A stretch of 56,280 nucleotides of DNA, filler included, from Sphacelaria rigidula (lineage: Eukaryota): assembly GCA_964200075.2 (NCBI GenBank). It is 7 parts of 7 records of this genome, joined end to end, with 100 filler letters (N's around TTAATTAATTAA, not from the genome) between each part and the next. Parts side by side here need not be neighbours in the genome. Positions count along the whole stretch, not along the records: positions 8,056 to 16,010 come from CAXNAA020012850.1; positions 16,111 to 24,064 come from CAXNAA020012851.1; 5 more parts are not named here. One strand, written 5' to 3'. A program made the translations under genes and the position numbers. Under the pieces are notes generated by a model. That model saw nothing but the letters and a program-made list of their open reading frames with translations, did not search any database and had not been told where the DNA came from. Each line of letters opens with the position of its first letter. Position 1 is the stretch's first letter. Below, piece after piece: positions 12,060 through 24,164 of the stretch.

Positions 12060-12470
12060 GGGGTGTGCGCTCATGATATTGCATGCCCTAGTCATAAGAC
12101 CATTGACCTGGTATCCCTACAAAGTCGGGACGCAGCACACCGGGTTTTCGCCGGACCAGGCTCGCGATCAATCACCGAGCGCGAAGCGCCGTGACGTGTT
12201 CGGGGAGTTGCATCAGGCGTGAGCTGCATCCTGCTAAGATTGTTCGACCCGAAGCGTGCTGACTATGGATGACAGCCTCGAATAAGTTGCTTCATTTTCT
12301 GGAATTGCCACTTCCAGAGACAGCCGCGGGTTACATTGTCTTCTCATGGGTGTCTCACTATCATACAGGGAAGGAGGGGCGGAGGAGGGGAGGTACTCAT
12401 GATATCGCATGCCGTAGTCATATGGCCGTTGACCTTGCATCCCTACAAAGCCGGGGGATGTTCCGTCCCG
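12060..12470 (-). repeat. Two intronic fragments of repeat family R1
   Basis: Reverse complement aligns with 1-165 and 32530-32815. Confidence 0.85.
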
Positions 12471-12795
12471 GACGCCCGTAGGTATAAGAAATATATATAT
12501 ATATATATATATATATATTCTATATCGGCGGATCTTCAGAATACCTCCAACCAACATCTTCTTCTTTTGCCTTTTGACAGCACCATGTTACCACAGGGCT
12601 CGACTTTTGCATTCAGGGCGAGAAAGGAGGGGGTGCATTCCTGGGTGAGTAACGTCTGAGTACTGCGTAGAACCGGAGCTCCCAAAGCCACGTCGGCAAA
12701 AATTGGAAAGTATCATCCCGGGTGTGTGGTTGTCAAGAAATACTAACGGAACGACTTTGTTTCAAGAATACGCCCTCGAAGGTGCAACTTCTCGC

Positions 12796-12926
12796 CTGGG
12801 GTTCCGTACTTCAAGCGCTCATTTATCGACCGCAGTAATAGATGAAAGACCGACCACTTCATCCGGAGCTCCCGGTATAGTGGCATGCCTCTCCACAGAT
12901 ATCGAAGCCGTCCGCAGATACGCAAC
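12796..12926 (-). CDS. Exon of the contig-B gene (LRICGRLRYLWRGMPLYRELRMKWSVFHLLL...), GC donor
   Basis: TAG acceptor, CAG|GCGAG donor; 131 nt restores the frame between the flanking exons. Confidence 0.65.
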
Positions 12927-13327
12927 CTATCATCGAGCGCGGAGAGTGAACCGAAGGTATGGGAAGAAGGGAGATAGACGGGAGGGGTCGCGTTGCAACA
13001 CAGGTTATCCTCTCTATCTGCCGTTCTTCACGAGGTGCGAGAAACAGAAGAAGTTACAGTGGGCAACGGCACTGAGTCTTTGGACGGAGAGCGCTGCCGT
13101 TTGCATAGTGTTTGGTTTACCTTCATGGTGGCTGAAAAAAACAAGATGCGTCAAACGTACTGTGAACGGTGCGTTGTCGTATTGCTTGCTCCAACGTGTG
13201 AGTGCACGGTCAAGGGACCCCCACAAAAGACCCTCAAGCGCTGATTTCCAATTACGCGTCGCGATTATCCTGAGCTGACACCCCACTCCTCCCGCCGACC
13301 GAAAACAGACAACCACTGGTCGCTCAC

Positions 13328-13491
13328 CAGTTGCGTAGGCGCGCCCTGTTGTACAGCCTGACTGAAATCCTTTGCATGTACCAGGATCGCCACATCTTCA
13401 GATGTTTGCCCAGTATTTCCTCTCGTCTGCCGTCCACAATTTCCGTGAAGATGCGCGTAACGACGTCTACCAGGCTGTTGGCAGCGTAACG
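13328..13491 (-). CDS. Exon of the contig-B gene (RYAANSLVD...ILGKHLKMWRSW...)
   Basis: Pyrimidine tract plus CAG acceptor, GTGAG donor. Confidence 0.75.
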
Positions 13492-13570
13492 CTGAAGAAA
13501 ACGAGCGAGACAGCACGGCGGGGGTGTCAAGGTCTGGGATGCTACGATGGTCTGATCGGAAGGTAGCTAC

Positions 13571-13621
13571 CTGTAGGCGAGAGTATCTTCGGAAGGTCAG
13601 GGCTCTGCTCAAACTCTGCCG
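13571..13621 (-). CDS. 51-nt exon of the contig-B gene (RQSLSRALTFRRYSRLQ)
   Basis: CAG acceptor, CAG|GTAG donor, phase 0 at both ends. Confidence 0.6.
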
Positions 13622-14013
13622 CTGTCGTGAGAACAGGGATACTGCGGCAATCGGCATGTCACGCACAGGCGCGTGCGTTCCCTCTAGCTTGACTGGAGGG
13701 CCAGCGTCTTTCCGAGGTAGCAACGGGTAGCACTTGGTAGCATTTGTCCCCCTTCTTGCGGTCGTGCTGTATTTTTACGATAGATTGGCGCTGCCCACGC
13801 CAACAGCTCGGTCAGCGGGACCCCGAGAAACAGGTGCGCGACGACACAGAAACCGTTCTATCCCTCAAACCCAACCTCCCTGTGCTGTGCGGCCGGTGCT
13901 ACCATAGACAACTCATCCATCCACTCGAACCATGACGATCAGCTGGGTAACAGTGTTCATCTACTCAGACGCCTCTGTTGAAACAAACATGCGTTGAGAA
14001 CAAACAAACTTGC

Positions 14014-14190
14014 CCTGAAGCCTGCCGCGAACTGTCGAACGTTTTCATCGGCCGACCGTGCTTGCGCCCCCTTCCGGATCAAGTACTTCGCGAGAGCGCG
14101 CTCCCGCCGACTGCGTGCTACCAACCACGTTTCCATTATTTCGCGCTCAGCTTTGGATCCTTCCTTAATTTTCGCTGTCCTGCCCATCAG
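14014..14190 (-). CDS. Exon of the contig-B gene (LMGRTAKIKEG...QFAAGFR), GC donor
   Basis: CAG acceptor, AGG|GCAAGT donor, 59 codons. Confidence 0.7.
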
Positions 14191-14968
14191 CTGTCGGGGT
14201 TGATAAGGGAACATCGAACACACAGACGTATGAGAGCGGCGGGTGGAATGAGGCGAGGGTGGGGGTACTGACCTGGTAGTGGGTAGAGCATGTGCAGTGA
14301 GACGGGAGGGACGTCCAAAAGCAATCTCTCGACTGGAACGGGTGTGTCTTGTACAGAACATTACACATGTCTCATGAAGGTACATGCTGTTGCACAGTTT
14401 TGGGAAATGCGTTGACTTATTTGCCCTGGTAGTACACGATGTGTGTTACGACTCCTGCACGCGTTTCGATGTGCTGTTTGCTAAGCCGATGACAATGCGA
14501 GAGTACTCATTCGCAGCTCGACATTTGGAATGCAGACGAGTCCAATGTTTGCGCTTCCGATCGTGCTACATCGTTAGTGTGAACTGCACGGGTGGAATTC
14601 CCCAATCGCCAGTTCGTGCCCTGCCCGCAATACCATCCAGCATAAGGGGCGACTGTTCGACTGCAAGAACTCGGCCAGACTGTAGAATGAACGCGCTAGC
14701 ACACACCGGGGGATGGATACCCTTCCAGCGCACTTCGTCGCATGCTACAGATCTGTAGCATTAAAAGGAAAATATCCACTCGCCAGATAAAGATCTTGGC
14801 CCCGTAGGTATACACACAGAGTGCGCCTCCCACAACACAATGCAGGCCCCTGCAGTGGAGGGTGCTGCGGAAAGCACAGCTGCTCACAATACGCATAACC
14901 TGACTAAAAAACCCCGCACTGGTAGGTCCTGGCGAATCTACAAGATATCAAAGCGCGCTACGACTCAC

Positions 14969-15256
14969 CCGCTCGATTCGTACCCCAGTCCGCTCCTCCT
15001 GCGCCCGACGTGTGCGGCGGTCTTCCTCGAGCAAATCCGCGCCGAGGAAATATTCAGGCACTGCAGTTCCGGGTTTAGATCGTCGATGGCCGGCGTTGCT
15101 CCCCGAAGTGTCACTGTCTTGCCTTCCGTTGCGAATTCCGGTGCCGTCGTCTCCCGCCGCGGCATCTTGGAGAGTCGCAGCCAGGGATTGCCCCGCGATA
15201 CCTCTGGAGCAATCAGAGATGTTCGGGGGGATAGGCACCGCGTCGAAATCGCGCAT
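14969..15256 (-). CDS. Probable exon of the contig-B gene; 5' boundary uncertain
   Basis: 102-aa ORF ending at CGG|GTGAGT. Its phase with the upstream exon is unresolved, so there may be an extra exon or a lesion at 15270-15440. Confidence 0.55.
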
Positions 15257-15687
15257 CTATCAGCAGGCTACCTTGACAGTGCCGCCAGGTGTAACGAAAC
15301 ATATTCTGTGAAATTTTCCAACGTGATTTGGGGGATGTAGGTATCGTCCAGAGGCACAAGGGCGAGCTTCCATGACGCGCGATACGAGATGAGGTAATTA
15401 GTCGCGAGGGTGGCAGCCTTTCGTGACCCTGTGCCACATGGCGGCTGTCTCATCTTGGGTATGTCCTATGCACCACTCAATGGCGGCCACGACTCAATCG
15501 AGTATTACTGCGGCATTGAGTCTGCACGGCTCTGCAATCCACGCAGACAACAGCATAGCGAACCTAAACACCTGCCCACCCCCAGCTAGCTCGGACACCC
15601 TCGCGCGCGCAGAAAATCGCGTACACGCTCCTAATATCTAGCCAACATTGTGATGGGCGTTTGGATGTTGTGTGCCTCTGGTCTAAC

Positions 15688-15839
15688 CTGAGCACAGTAC
15701 CCAAGACGCCGGCGGCGATGTTCCAGGCCCTGAGATATTTCCGCTGAACTCGTCGGGCATCGTGGAAGGCCGCGAACCGAGTTTGTTGCCTCTCTCGAGT
15801 TTTCGATTTCATGCGCACCAGCATGGCCGGCCCAAGGCG
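15688..15839 (-). CDS. Most 5' visible exon of the contig-B gene (…RRVQRKYLRAWNIAAG…)
   Basis: TTGCAG acceptor, CAG|GTTAG donor, Sfi1-like 'RKYLRAW' motif. Confidence 0.65.
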
Positions 15840-16010
15840 CTGCAACAGACGGGGTCGTGAAACCGGGGAAAACCAGGAACGAGTGGAAGCAGATTACGAC
15901 TGATGCATTGCCCATTGACTCATCTTACAATATGCGCATACTTCCTCTGTCCCATAAGTCTGTATCGTTATGTTTGTACGAGCCCTTAACGATGTCCGAT
16001 TTGATTTCCG

Positions 16011-16110
16011 NNNNNNNNNNNNNNNNNNNNNNNNNNNNNNNNNNNNNNNNNNNNTTAATTAATTAANNNNNNNNNNNNNNNNNNNNNNNNNNNNNNNNNN
16101 NNNNNNNNNN
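16011..16110. other. Artificial contig spacer
   Basis: N44-TTAATTAATTAA-N44. Confidence 0.98.
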
Positions 16111-16253
16111 GATTGACCGCTTTTCACTCTCAATAGTGTAATCTAGTCTCAATCTCACGAAAACATTGTTAAAATTGGTTTTTCACCTAGGACCCCAACG
16201 GTCGGTATCGAAATCCAAGTTTCCATAGCTTGTAGCAGTTGTCACTAGCTATC

Positions 16254-16360
16254 AGTAGGTGAAGAAATGGAACCGTGTTTCGAAGATTTGGTGTGGATAC
16301 GAAGATTTTAATTCTCCGGGTTTCTCATCCCCAATAAAAGATCCATCCCCAATTTGTAAG
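16254..16360 (+). repeat. Fragment of unknown coding repeat family U1
   Basis: Closely matches 48484-48590 (GAACCRTGTTTCGAAGATTTGGTGTGGATACGAAGATT). Confidence 0.85.
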
Positions 16361-18452
16361 ATCCCGCGTTAATAATACGCGAAATCCCGCGAAGTGATGT
16401 ACAGGAATGAACGGAGGTCGAAATTGAACGGAATTCTACAATTATAATGCGTATGGATCATCTTGAATGAGGCCAAATGCTTGTGGATTCTCGCTGACAA
16501 AGTATCAACCTATTATTTTATATTAAGAGTGGTTTTACGGCAGGGGTGCACATTTTTTTCCCCAAGGCTTTTGGCTTCAGGAACCTCTGTGTGACACACG
16601 TCTGGGCCTCTAGTGTGCAGCCTCAGAGTTGTCTTGGACTAAAGCGTGACCTCTACCATCGAATCACTCCAAAAAGATATTTAATCATGTATTTTCAACT
16701 TCATTTTCCTGTATTTGCTCTCCTGCTTTCCATTTTTCCTGGAAGTCCCCATCGATGGTTCGAAAAATGCTGTCGAGTGACTTGCCCCCAATACTACAGT
16801 TATGGTGCCTCGGCGTGTTTCACGCCCGGACAAGGAGGTAGGCGGTAGGCAGACTCTGCCATGTGAGAGTGACCTGCACGGTCTGCTCTATTGGAGATGT
16901 CTGGGGTACTGCGGATTCTTCGTGCCAGCTATCTTTTCGTCGGACCGACCATGTTCAAAATACCAAGTGAAGTCCTATCATACTCCGACCACGACGTCTC
17001 TGTTTTTTTTTCATGGTTTCTCGCATCGCATGATTCAAGACAAGAATCATGATGGATGACACCAGCGAAAAAATCGGCCGATGTAAGTTGCTCGCACAAA
17101 AAGTAGGGAAAGTGCTCAGGCACCTCGTCCTCGCGATGACCCCACGCCATTCCCGCAGGTGCAGGGGTCGCACCCGCCCAACCATGTTCACGGACGGAGA
17201 AAGCGCCTGAAGCGCAACAAAATAGACAAAAGTCAACTTTTGTTCATAAATTATTCTGCCCCAGAAGCAGCAGCCTAGTGAGTAGTTTTGTAGTAAAAAA
17301 AAAATCGCCTACGGTTCAGCCCCATGCACATCATTACGGAAAAAGAGTGGAATGACAAATCCATGTACACGAAACAAACATCAATGGACACATAGTGAGC
17401 AACACATCCACCGACACTTCCCCCCCCCCACTCATCGTTGGGATAACATGTACGGATATCCGTAGTACATTGCCGTCAAACACCCGCAAAACGGGGAAAC
17501 TGGTGCTGCCTGGACAAGCAAAAGTACAAGTCAGATACACCCCCTTTCTCCAGTCACCCGCGAGAAATGTGCGGGAGAAACAGATGGAATAGCAACTTCG
17601 GCGGCATTGAAACCCCCGGCGCCGTATAAGCACCGATACACCTTGGTGGCCATCCTCACTCCGCCACCCAGCCCCCCCCCTCGTGTACAAACAAAAAACG
17701 CCGTTACTCCTTCACATGTACATACCTATATCGAAAGCGAACCCAATACCAATCCACCCTTATGCTTGTACAGTCCATTTCCCTACAGGTATATTTTTTC
17801 CGAAACAACAGTTAATCTTCATACCTTTTCTCACACCGTGCGGAAAATTGGGATAAGTGCTCCCCAAAAGATGGGTCCGAATATCTGCCTCGCATCTATC
17901 CTCTGCCACTCACCCCCCCGCGCGCGCGCCTCCCTCCCACCACAATGTAAATATCAACATCAACTTCAACTTCAACTCGGCGACACATATTCTTCATTTC
18001 CAAGCTGTCATCTGGCCAGAAAACAAGCACATAAAAATGAAACACCACTCGCGACGGCACTGTTTGTTCCCTCTACTCATCCAGTTTTTTGTAGCATTGG
18101 ACGTTGTGTCAATCTCCGCCGACGCAAACTTGACTACCTCCCCCCTCACCCCTTTACTCCGCAGTCCGATCGAAACAAGATCGATCTGGAAAACAAAATT
18201 ACCGATAAATACACGCGTGTAGAACATGCGGGTGGTGCCAAGGAACATTCGGGTGGTGCCAAGGAACCACGCTCTATAGTGATTTGACACAAGAGAAAAC
18301 AAGTGTGCAATGCAGTGCACCTATGCGCCATGAAATTTTCAATATCCACATCGTAAAACACGACCACTATACCATGAAAAAAAAAAGCGAAACCCAGCAT
18401 GAGCTTCCCCCGCGCCCTCCCAACCCCACCCCGAGAGGTCAACTACTCGTAC

Positions 18453-21400
18453 TTAGTCCTCGCTAGAAGGAGAGGCATATCCTTTGTCCTCCTCTTGCGA
18501 CACCATGAGCCGATGCAAGTACGGAGGGTTCCGTACGGCGGCAGTTGAATCCATGCTCCCGTACGACGATGCTGACTTGCCGGAGGACCCGGATTTTGAA
18601 GACCCGGATTTTGAAGACCCAGATTCCTTAGCGGACCTTGAGCTCAAAGTTCTGGCGGAGTCCGAACGCGACACCTGCGGCTCCCCCGCCATGATTGTAA
18701 CATCGGGCATCGTCGTCTGTGCCATCATCTTCTTCGCCTCCGGCTGTCCCGTCGTCTCCACCTCGCCGGAAAAGCGTGGCCTCTTGGCGCCCCCACCGCC
18801 GACCGTTCCGCTGGAGCCGGTCGCCGCCGCACCCGCGGTGGCGTCAGCACCGCCCACGTCGTCAACCACTGCCCGGTCACTTGAAGCGGTACTACCGCTG
18901 CTGCTGCCAGATCCCAAGCTGGTGGCAGCCTTGGCCACGGAGGCCACGGCGGACGCCACTCGTCTGAACGTACTAGTGGTGCTGCTCGTGAATCCTCCGC
19001 CGCCGCTGTCGCCGCCGCCGGCGCTGCTGATCCTGGAGCCTACGCTAGATTCTCTGGTGCCACGAGAAAAGCTACCCTCACGAGCGACGCGCATTGGCGG
19101 CTGCACCTCCGACACATCACTTGCCATGTCATCGTCCTCGACACTCCCGATGTCCTTCGATGACGACTGCTTGCGCGCGCGCCGTGAGCTAGAACCTAGA
19201 CCACCGAGCCCGCCGGCCGCCGACCGACTCGCGCGTGCGCGCCGCTGGTGCTCGACCTGCGCCGGCACCAAGGTGAAGAGGGTACCGCCCCCGGGCGCTG
19301 AAGACGGGGTGCTTGGCGCCGGACAGCTCGTCGACGGTGCGAGGTTCAATGGCTGCTGCGCGATAGCGGAAACCTCCGCCGCTTCTCGCTCGGGTTTGGC
19401 CTGCAAACCGGGACCTTCGGCGCCGCCCGATAGCGGTGCAATTGACGCCACGCCAGAGTCGGTGGAGGAGAACCCGCCTGCACCAACATCAGCACTTGCT
19501 ACTGGCATGATGGAGACGTGAGTTGCTGATGCGGGAAGACCCTTGTCCTCCAGACTGCCGAAGGAAGAAGCCTTATCCTCTAGCCTGCCAAATGAAGCAG
19601 CCTTGTCCTCCAGCCTGCCAAATGAAGCAGCCTTGTCCTCCAGCCTGCCAAATGAAGCAGCCTTGTCCTCCAGCCTGCCAAATGAAGCAGCCTTGTCCTC
19701 CAGCCTGCCAAATGAGGAAGCCTTGTCTTCCAACCTGCCGAATGAGGAAGCCTTATCTTCCAGCCTGGGGCCGTCACTATCGTAGTCGGTGCCAACGCGG
19801 CCGTGGCCGCTCCTGCCAGTGTCGTCAGCGAATAGTGGACTTTCAGGGGCGCTTGCGCCGCCGAATCCCCCGTGATCGGTGCTGTCCAGGCCGCCGCTGC
19901 TGCTGAGACCAAAGCTGGGGTAACTGCTGATGCTCGAAGACTGCCTGCGTGATCCAAACGCGCGACTTTCTCCCCTGCTGAACAGGTAGGCGCCGCTGCC
20001 GTCCGGCGACGGCGCCATGATTGAGATGGACTTGGATGAGGGCGCCTCGGTCGATTGGGACGACGGAATGCGGAGGATCCCCGGATCACGCACGCGAAGC
20101 GAGCTCTTGGCTTCGGCCCTACGCCCCACCGGGCCCGACCCCGGGCCTGAGCCCGGCATGGAGCCTCCATCCCCCGGCGTTGATGCCGTGGACACTGACC
20201 CCGAGGTTGACGGCGGTGGTGGCACCCCGGCCGCCGCAGCGGCGGCAGCCGCGGCAGATCTCGCCATAGCCGATGTTGGGCGTCGCCGCTGCGACCGCGA
20301 CGGGGTGCTCCAAATGCCGGCATCGATACGCGCGTGGTCGGCTGCGGCTCTCGCGACACTTGCAGCGAGCGTGGCCGCCGACGCCGCAGCGAGGGCAGAC
20401 GCAGCCGCCGATGATGCGGAGTTCGTCACTGATGACGAGCTACCCCCCAGGGTACTCTCCGCTAGTGTGCTCTCGGCCAATGTGCTCTCCGCTAGTGTGC
20501 TCTCCGGCAGGGTACTCTCGGCTCCAATCGTGCTGCTTCCCTCCGTCCTGCCGGTTCGGTCGGAACGGGGGCTGACGCCGGGCGAGAAGTCATCTTGCAT
20601 GGACGCGTCGTCCCCGTCGTCGGCGGTGTCCCACACTGAAGACCCTCCCCGTCCTCTCCCACGGCCACTGCTACCGCTGCTGCCGCTGCTCCCCAAGAGG
20701 AAGCCGAGCCTCTTGACCTCGGCGGACCGCTCTTTTCGCGGTCCTTCCCCATCAAGGGCGCCGAGCCCAGTCAACGGTGATAGTGTCGGCACCGACCCCG
20801 GTGTCGGTATGAAGTCCTGCGTTTCAGAAGGTAGAGTGGACAAGGCTGCGGTGGCGCCAAGGGCGATGCTGCCGCTGGTTCTACCGCTACCTCCTTGACC
20901 TGCGGCATCTTGAGGGAAAGATTCGGATTCGATGGCACCCGAACCGGGAAACGGCGCGGAGCCCGCGTCTGAGGTGCTTTCCCACCTCACCGGGCGATGA
21001 CGCATTGATGCGTTAGAACTATCGGGTGAAATCTCGAGCCGCCCGGCGGAGGAGCTGGTTTGGCTGCCCACCTTCTCAACTTCGCAGTGTTCGGCCTTTT
21101 CTGGAGACCCCCCTGTGCCCACGACGACAAGAGGCGAGTATACCGACGGCGCCGCGCCGGTCGGATCTCTGACGGGTGAATAAGCCGGCGGGGCCACGTC
21201 AGCAACCACGACTGGTGTGACATCCTGCATTCCCTTCGACTGTGCTTCCTTGCTCACGACCTCCTGTGTTTCCTCTAACGACACAGACGTCGGTTCGGTG
21301 AGCTCAACCGCCGCCGTCGACGATGGCTCCGGGTGCGTGTCCTCCTGAGCCGACGACTGCCGCCTGTGCCCACCTTCCGGCGGCGACGGGGTCTCCTTCA

Positions 21401-22036
21401 CCGGCGCCAGGTTGCCGGCCGCCGGCGAGCGGCGCCGCCGCGGGGACGACTCCGGTGAAAGATCGAACGAATCCTCGCTTGGGACGTTGCTGATGATACC
21501 GATACCCAGGAGCTGGGAAGACTCCTGGCTGCTGGTGTTGGAGCGCATGCTGTCCCCGCCACCACCGCCACCACTGCCGCCGCCGCTGGTACTGCCACCG
21601 CTGCCACTCGCTCCGGCGACGCTTCCCATTGTGCCCGAGCTTCCGCTGGCAGGAATACGAGGCTGCAAGGGTAGTGGACCGACTGGGACCGCAACCGGGG
21701 GAAGTACGGCAGAAGGATCGCCGGGAGATGGAGCTGACTGTTCTGACGAGGAAGACTCCGATCGATCAGTGGCGAGTAATGGGCGGTGGGTACGCGGGTA
21801 CTGTTGCTGCTGCGGTTGATCGGCGGCCGAGGACGTCGCCCCGCCACGAATGTGTGGTCCTCCGGCGACTAAAGCACCCGTTGTTGCTGCTGCAGCTGCC
21901 ACCACTCCTGCGGGAAGCGTGGCGGTCTCGACGGATCCTTGGCGGCGGTGTCTCGGGGGGCCTTCATGCCTCGACGCCGTCTGTTGGGCCTGGACCGCCT
22001 GAACCACACCGGCGTTGTACTCCCCCACGTCAGCTG
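18453..22036 (-). CDS. Probable terminal exon of the contig-C gene: large Ser/Gly/Ala-rich, probably disordered protein of unknown function
   Basis: 1197-codon ORF with GC-rich codon usage; TAG acceptor at 22037; TAA stop at 18453. Confidence 0.85.
19541..19767 (-). repeat. 30-bp coding minisatellite, ~7.5 units, encoding (SFGRLEDKAA)n
   Basis: Unit CCTTGTCCTCCAGCCTGCCAAATGAAGCAG repeated in register. Confidence 0.97.
20448..20522 (-). repeat. 15-bp coding repeat, 5 units, (ESTL[A/P/G])n
   Basis: Visible in both DNA and translation. Confidence 0.9.
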
Positions 22037-22261
22037 CTAGTTTCACGGGAAGAGGGCAAAGAGATTGGCAGGATGCCGATGTGTGAGCATGTGCTCAGTA
22101 TCGCTGCACCTCTATTAAGTACGCATAATTCCAGGACAAAATAGGCGAGATATCACTGCGCATCATCACAGGAAAGAGTAGGTACACCGTGGACCAATAC
22201 TGCGAGCGTAGACGACAGCAAGCAAAAATAATGACCCCTCGACGCCAAGCGTTTTACTCAC

Positions 22262-22442
22262 TTGGCCCAGTAGTGTCTGCGCTGATACTCGAACCGACGA
22301 CCGACGACGTTGGCTCTGACCCCTCTTCCACCACCGTTGCGAGTGTCTGATGGGGAGGGGATTTGGGGCCCTGCTGTAAGAAGTCAGCCAGCGTAGTATC
22401 CTCACTCTTCTCCGCTCGTGCGTCCTGGAAAATCTCCGATGG
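22262..22442 (-). CDS. Exon of the contig-C gene (PSEIFQDARAEKSEDTTLADFLQQ…)
   Basis: CACAG acceptor, GTGAGT donor; 181 nt, phase-compatible. Confidence 0.8.
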
Positions 22443-22914
22443 CTGTGAGGGGTGGAGGATTCATGAAAAGACGAGGGGTGGTGAGGCGGGGAGAAAGTGA
22501 GGAGGGGGGAATGAGGAGTACAGCTGCAGATACTTCCCAGCGCATTGGGGTATCGAACCCACGTTCCCTAACCTAATGGTGACTACGTTTCAAGGATCGG
22601 ACGAGTCAATGATTCGTCCGGAAATCACTTGTTTTTAGTGTAATTGATTCGTACGGTACAAATCAATCCTTACGCTTTGTTTTCGGCGTTGCAACCAAGG
22701 TACGCGATGGCCAGGCACCTGGAATGGCGCAAGAGTTGCGTGGAGATCTGTTTGATCAGCGGTCGACTTTTTTCCCCTCTTTCTATCAATCAGGCCTCCA
22801 AAAAATCGTGAATTTGCTGATTCGAACCGGCCATGATTCGTCCGAACCGTGCAACGTTTGGGAGAATAGTCGACGCTCCACACCGCTAGCGCCGACACGA
22901 AAACGCTCCCTCAC

Positions 22915-23477
22915 CTCGTCATCTTCCGCGGCGCGAGGAGACAGATTCAATCGTTGCTTCTTCTGCATCTCCTCGAACGCCTTCGTGGACGCCTCCGCCT
23001 CCGGCTCGATCCCGACGATCGTCGAAATCGGGGCAACAACACTGCCGCTGCTGCCACCGCCGGTGGTAGTGGCAACAGGAGACCGCACCGTTTCCTGTGT
23101 CTCCCCCCCATCTTCCTTAGCCGCTCCTGCCGCCACTGCTCCGACTGCCGCTCCTGCGGCCACATCCGCCACCGACGCGGCAGCCGCCGCCGCGATGTCT
23201 TGACCCGTCCGATCATCATCCCACGGGCGACTGCTGGTCCTGCTACCTCGTTCGGAGAGTTCAGCGGCGCCGGCCGGGGAGAGCATGGGCCCCGGCGTGT
23301 TGGGGTCGTCGTTGTTGTCGTGCTTGACCTCCATAGAGAAGTTGGACATGTTCGTTGACGCTGACCGTACCGACCTCCGGTCTGCCGAGCCCACAGCAGC
23401 GCTACCACCGCTGCCACCACCGCCTGTGCCGGCGCCGCCGCCCACGCAAGAGCCCGTGTGAGGAGAGGGAAGGGATA
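22915..23477 (-). CDS. Exon of the contig-C gene
   Basis: Within the 235-aa ORF; CAG acceptor at 23478, GAG|GTGAG donor; phases consistent. Confidence 0.8.
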
Positions 23478-23769
23478 CTGGTTTTTTTCCCACAAGAGTT
23501 ACGCGAGAGTAGGGACGGACGGACGGGAACAGAAGCGGTGGAGAGCAGTTAAGAAGGGGTTGAATGAAGAAAGCGATCCAAGAATTCTACTCATTCCATG
23601 GAATCACATGTTCGAGCACACTCGTACAAGGAAGGTCAACACAAGTGGGGTGCTCACCCATGCTATATTTCACCCCGTATCATCGACGCAAACACGGTTC
23701 TTGTTTCCACCCTTCGTTACTCTCTGCCTCCGCCCCTCCACCCAGAAAAAAGTGCAAAATAATACTCAC

Positions 23770-24030
23770 CGCCGAAACGCCCCGCCGTCAACGGATCCCG
23801 AGTGGCACAGAAGAACTCATCGAGCGCCGCTAAGCGCGGCGAACGAAGTGAGACGACCTGCTCCCTGCCACTGTCGCCGGGTTCTTCGGTCTTCTCTGCT
23901 TGGGCAGAGGTATCGATTCCGAGAGCATCGGGATCCGGAGCAACCACCCTAGGGTTCCGCTTCGAGGGATACGCAAACACGTCTTCTTCCGGTATGCTTC
24001 GTGGCACTCCCAATCGCATCGACGTCTCTC
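23770..24030 (-). CDS. Most 5' visible exon of the contig-C gene (gene is 5'-partial)
   Basis: TAG acceptor, GTGAGT donor; 261 nt, phase 1 at both ends. Confidence 0.75.
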
Positions 24031-24064
24031 CTATTGAAGAATGTAGTGCATGGGGGGGGGGGGG

Positions 24065-24164
24065 NNNNNNNNNNNNNNNNNNNNNNNNNNNNNNNNNNNN
24101 NNNNNNNNTTAATTAATTAANNNNNNNNNNNNNNNNNNNNNNNNNNNNNNNNNNNNNNNNNNNN
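24065..24164. other. Artificial contig spacer
   Basis: N44-TTAATTAATTAA-N44. Confidence 0.98.

Noticed and set aside
19541..19767. 30-bp repeats as a CRISPR array
   Set aside because: Head-to-tail with no spacers, in frame within a eukaryotic exon, and no cas genes
18484..21819. Long + strand ORFs (345 aa, 293 aa and others)
   Set aside because: Antisense shadows of the GC-rich minus-strand exon
22540..22600. B-box-like GGTTCGATACCC on the minus strand in an intron
   Set aside because: No clear A box, tail or second copy; too weak to call a SINE or tRNA
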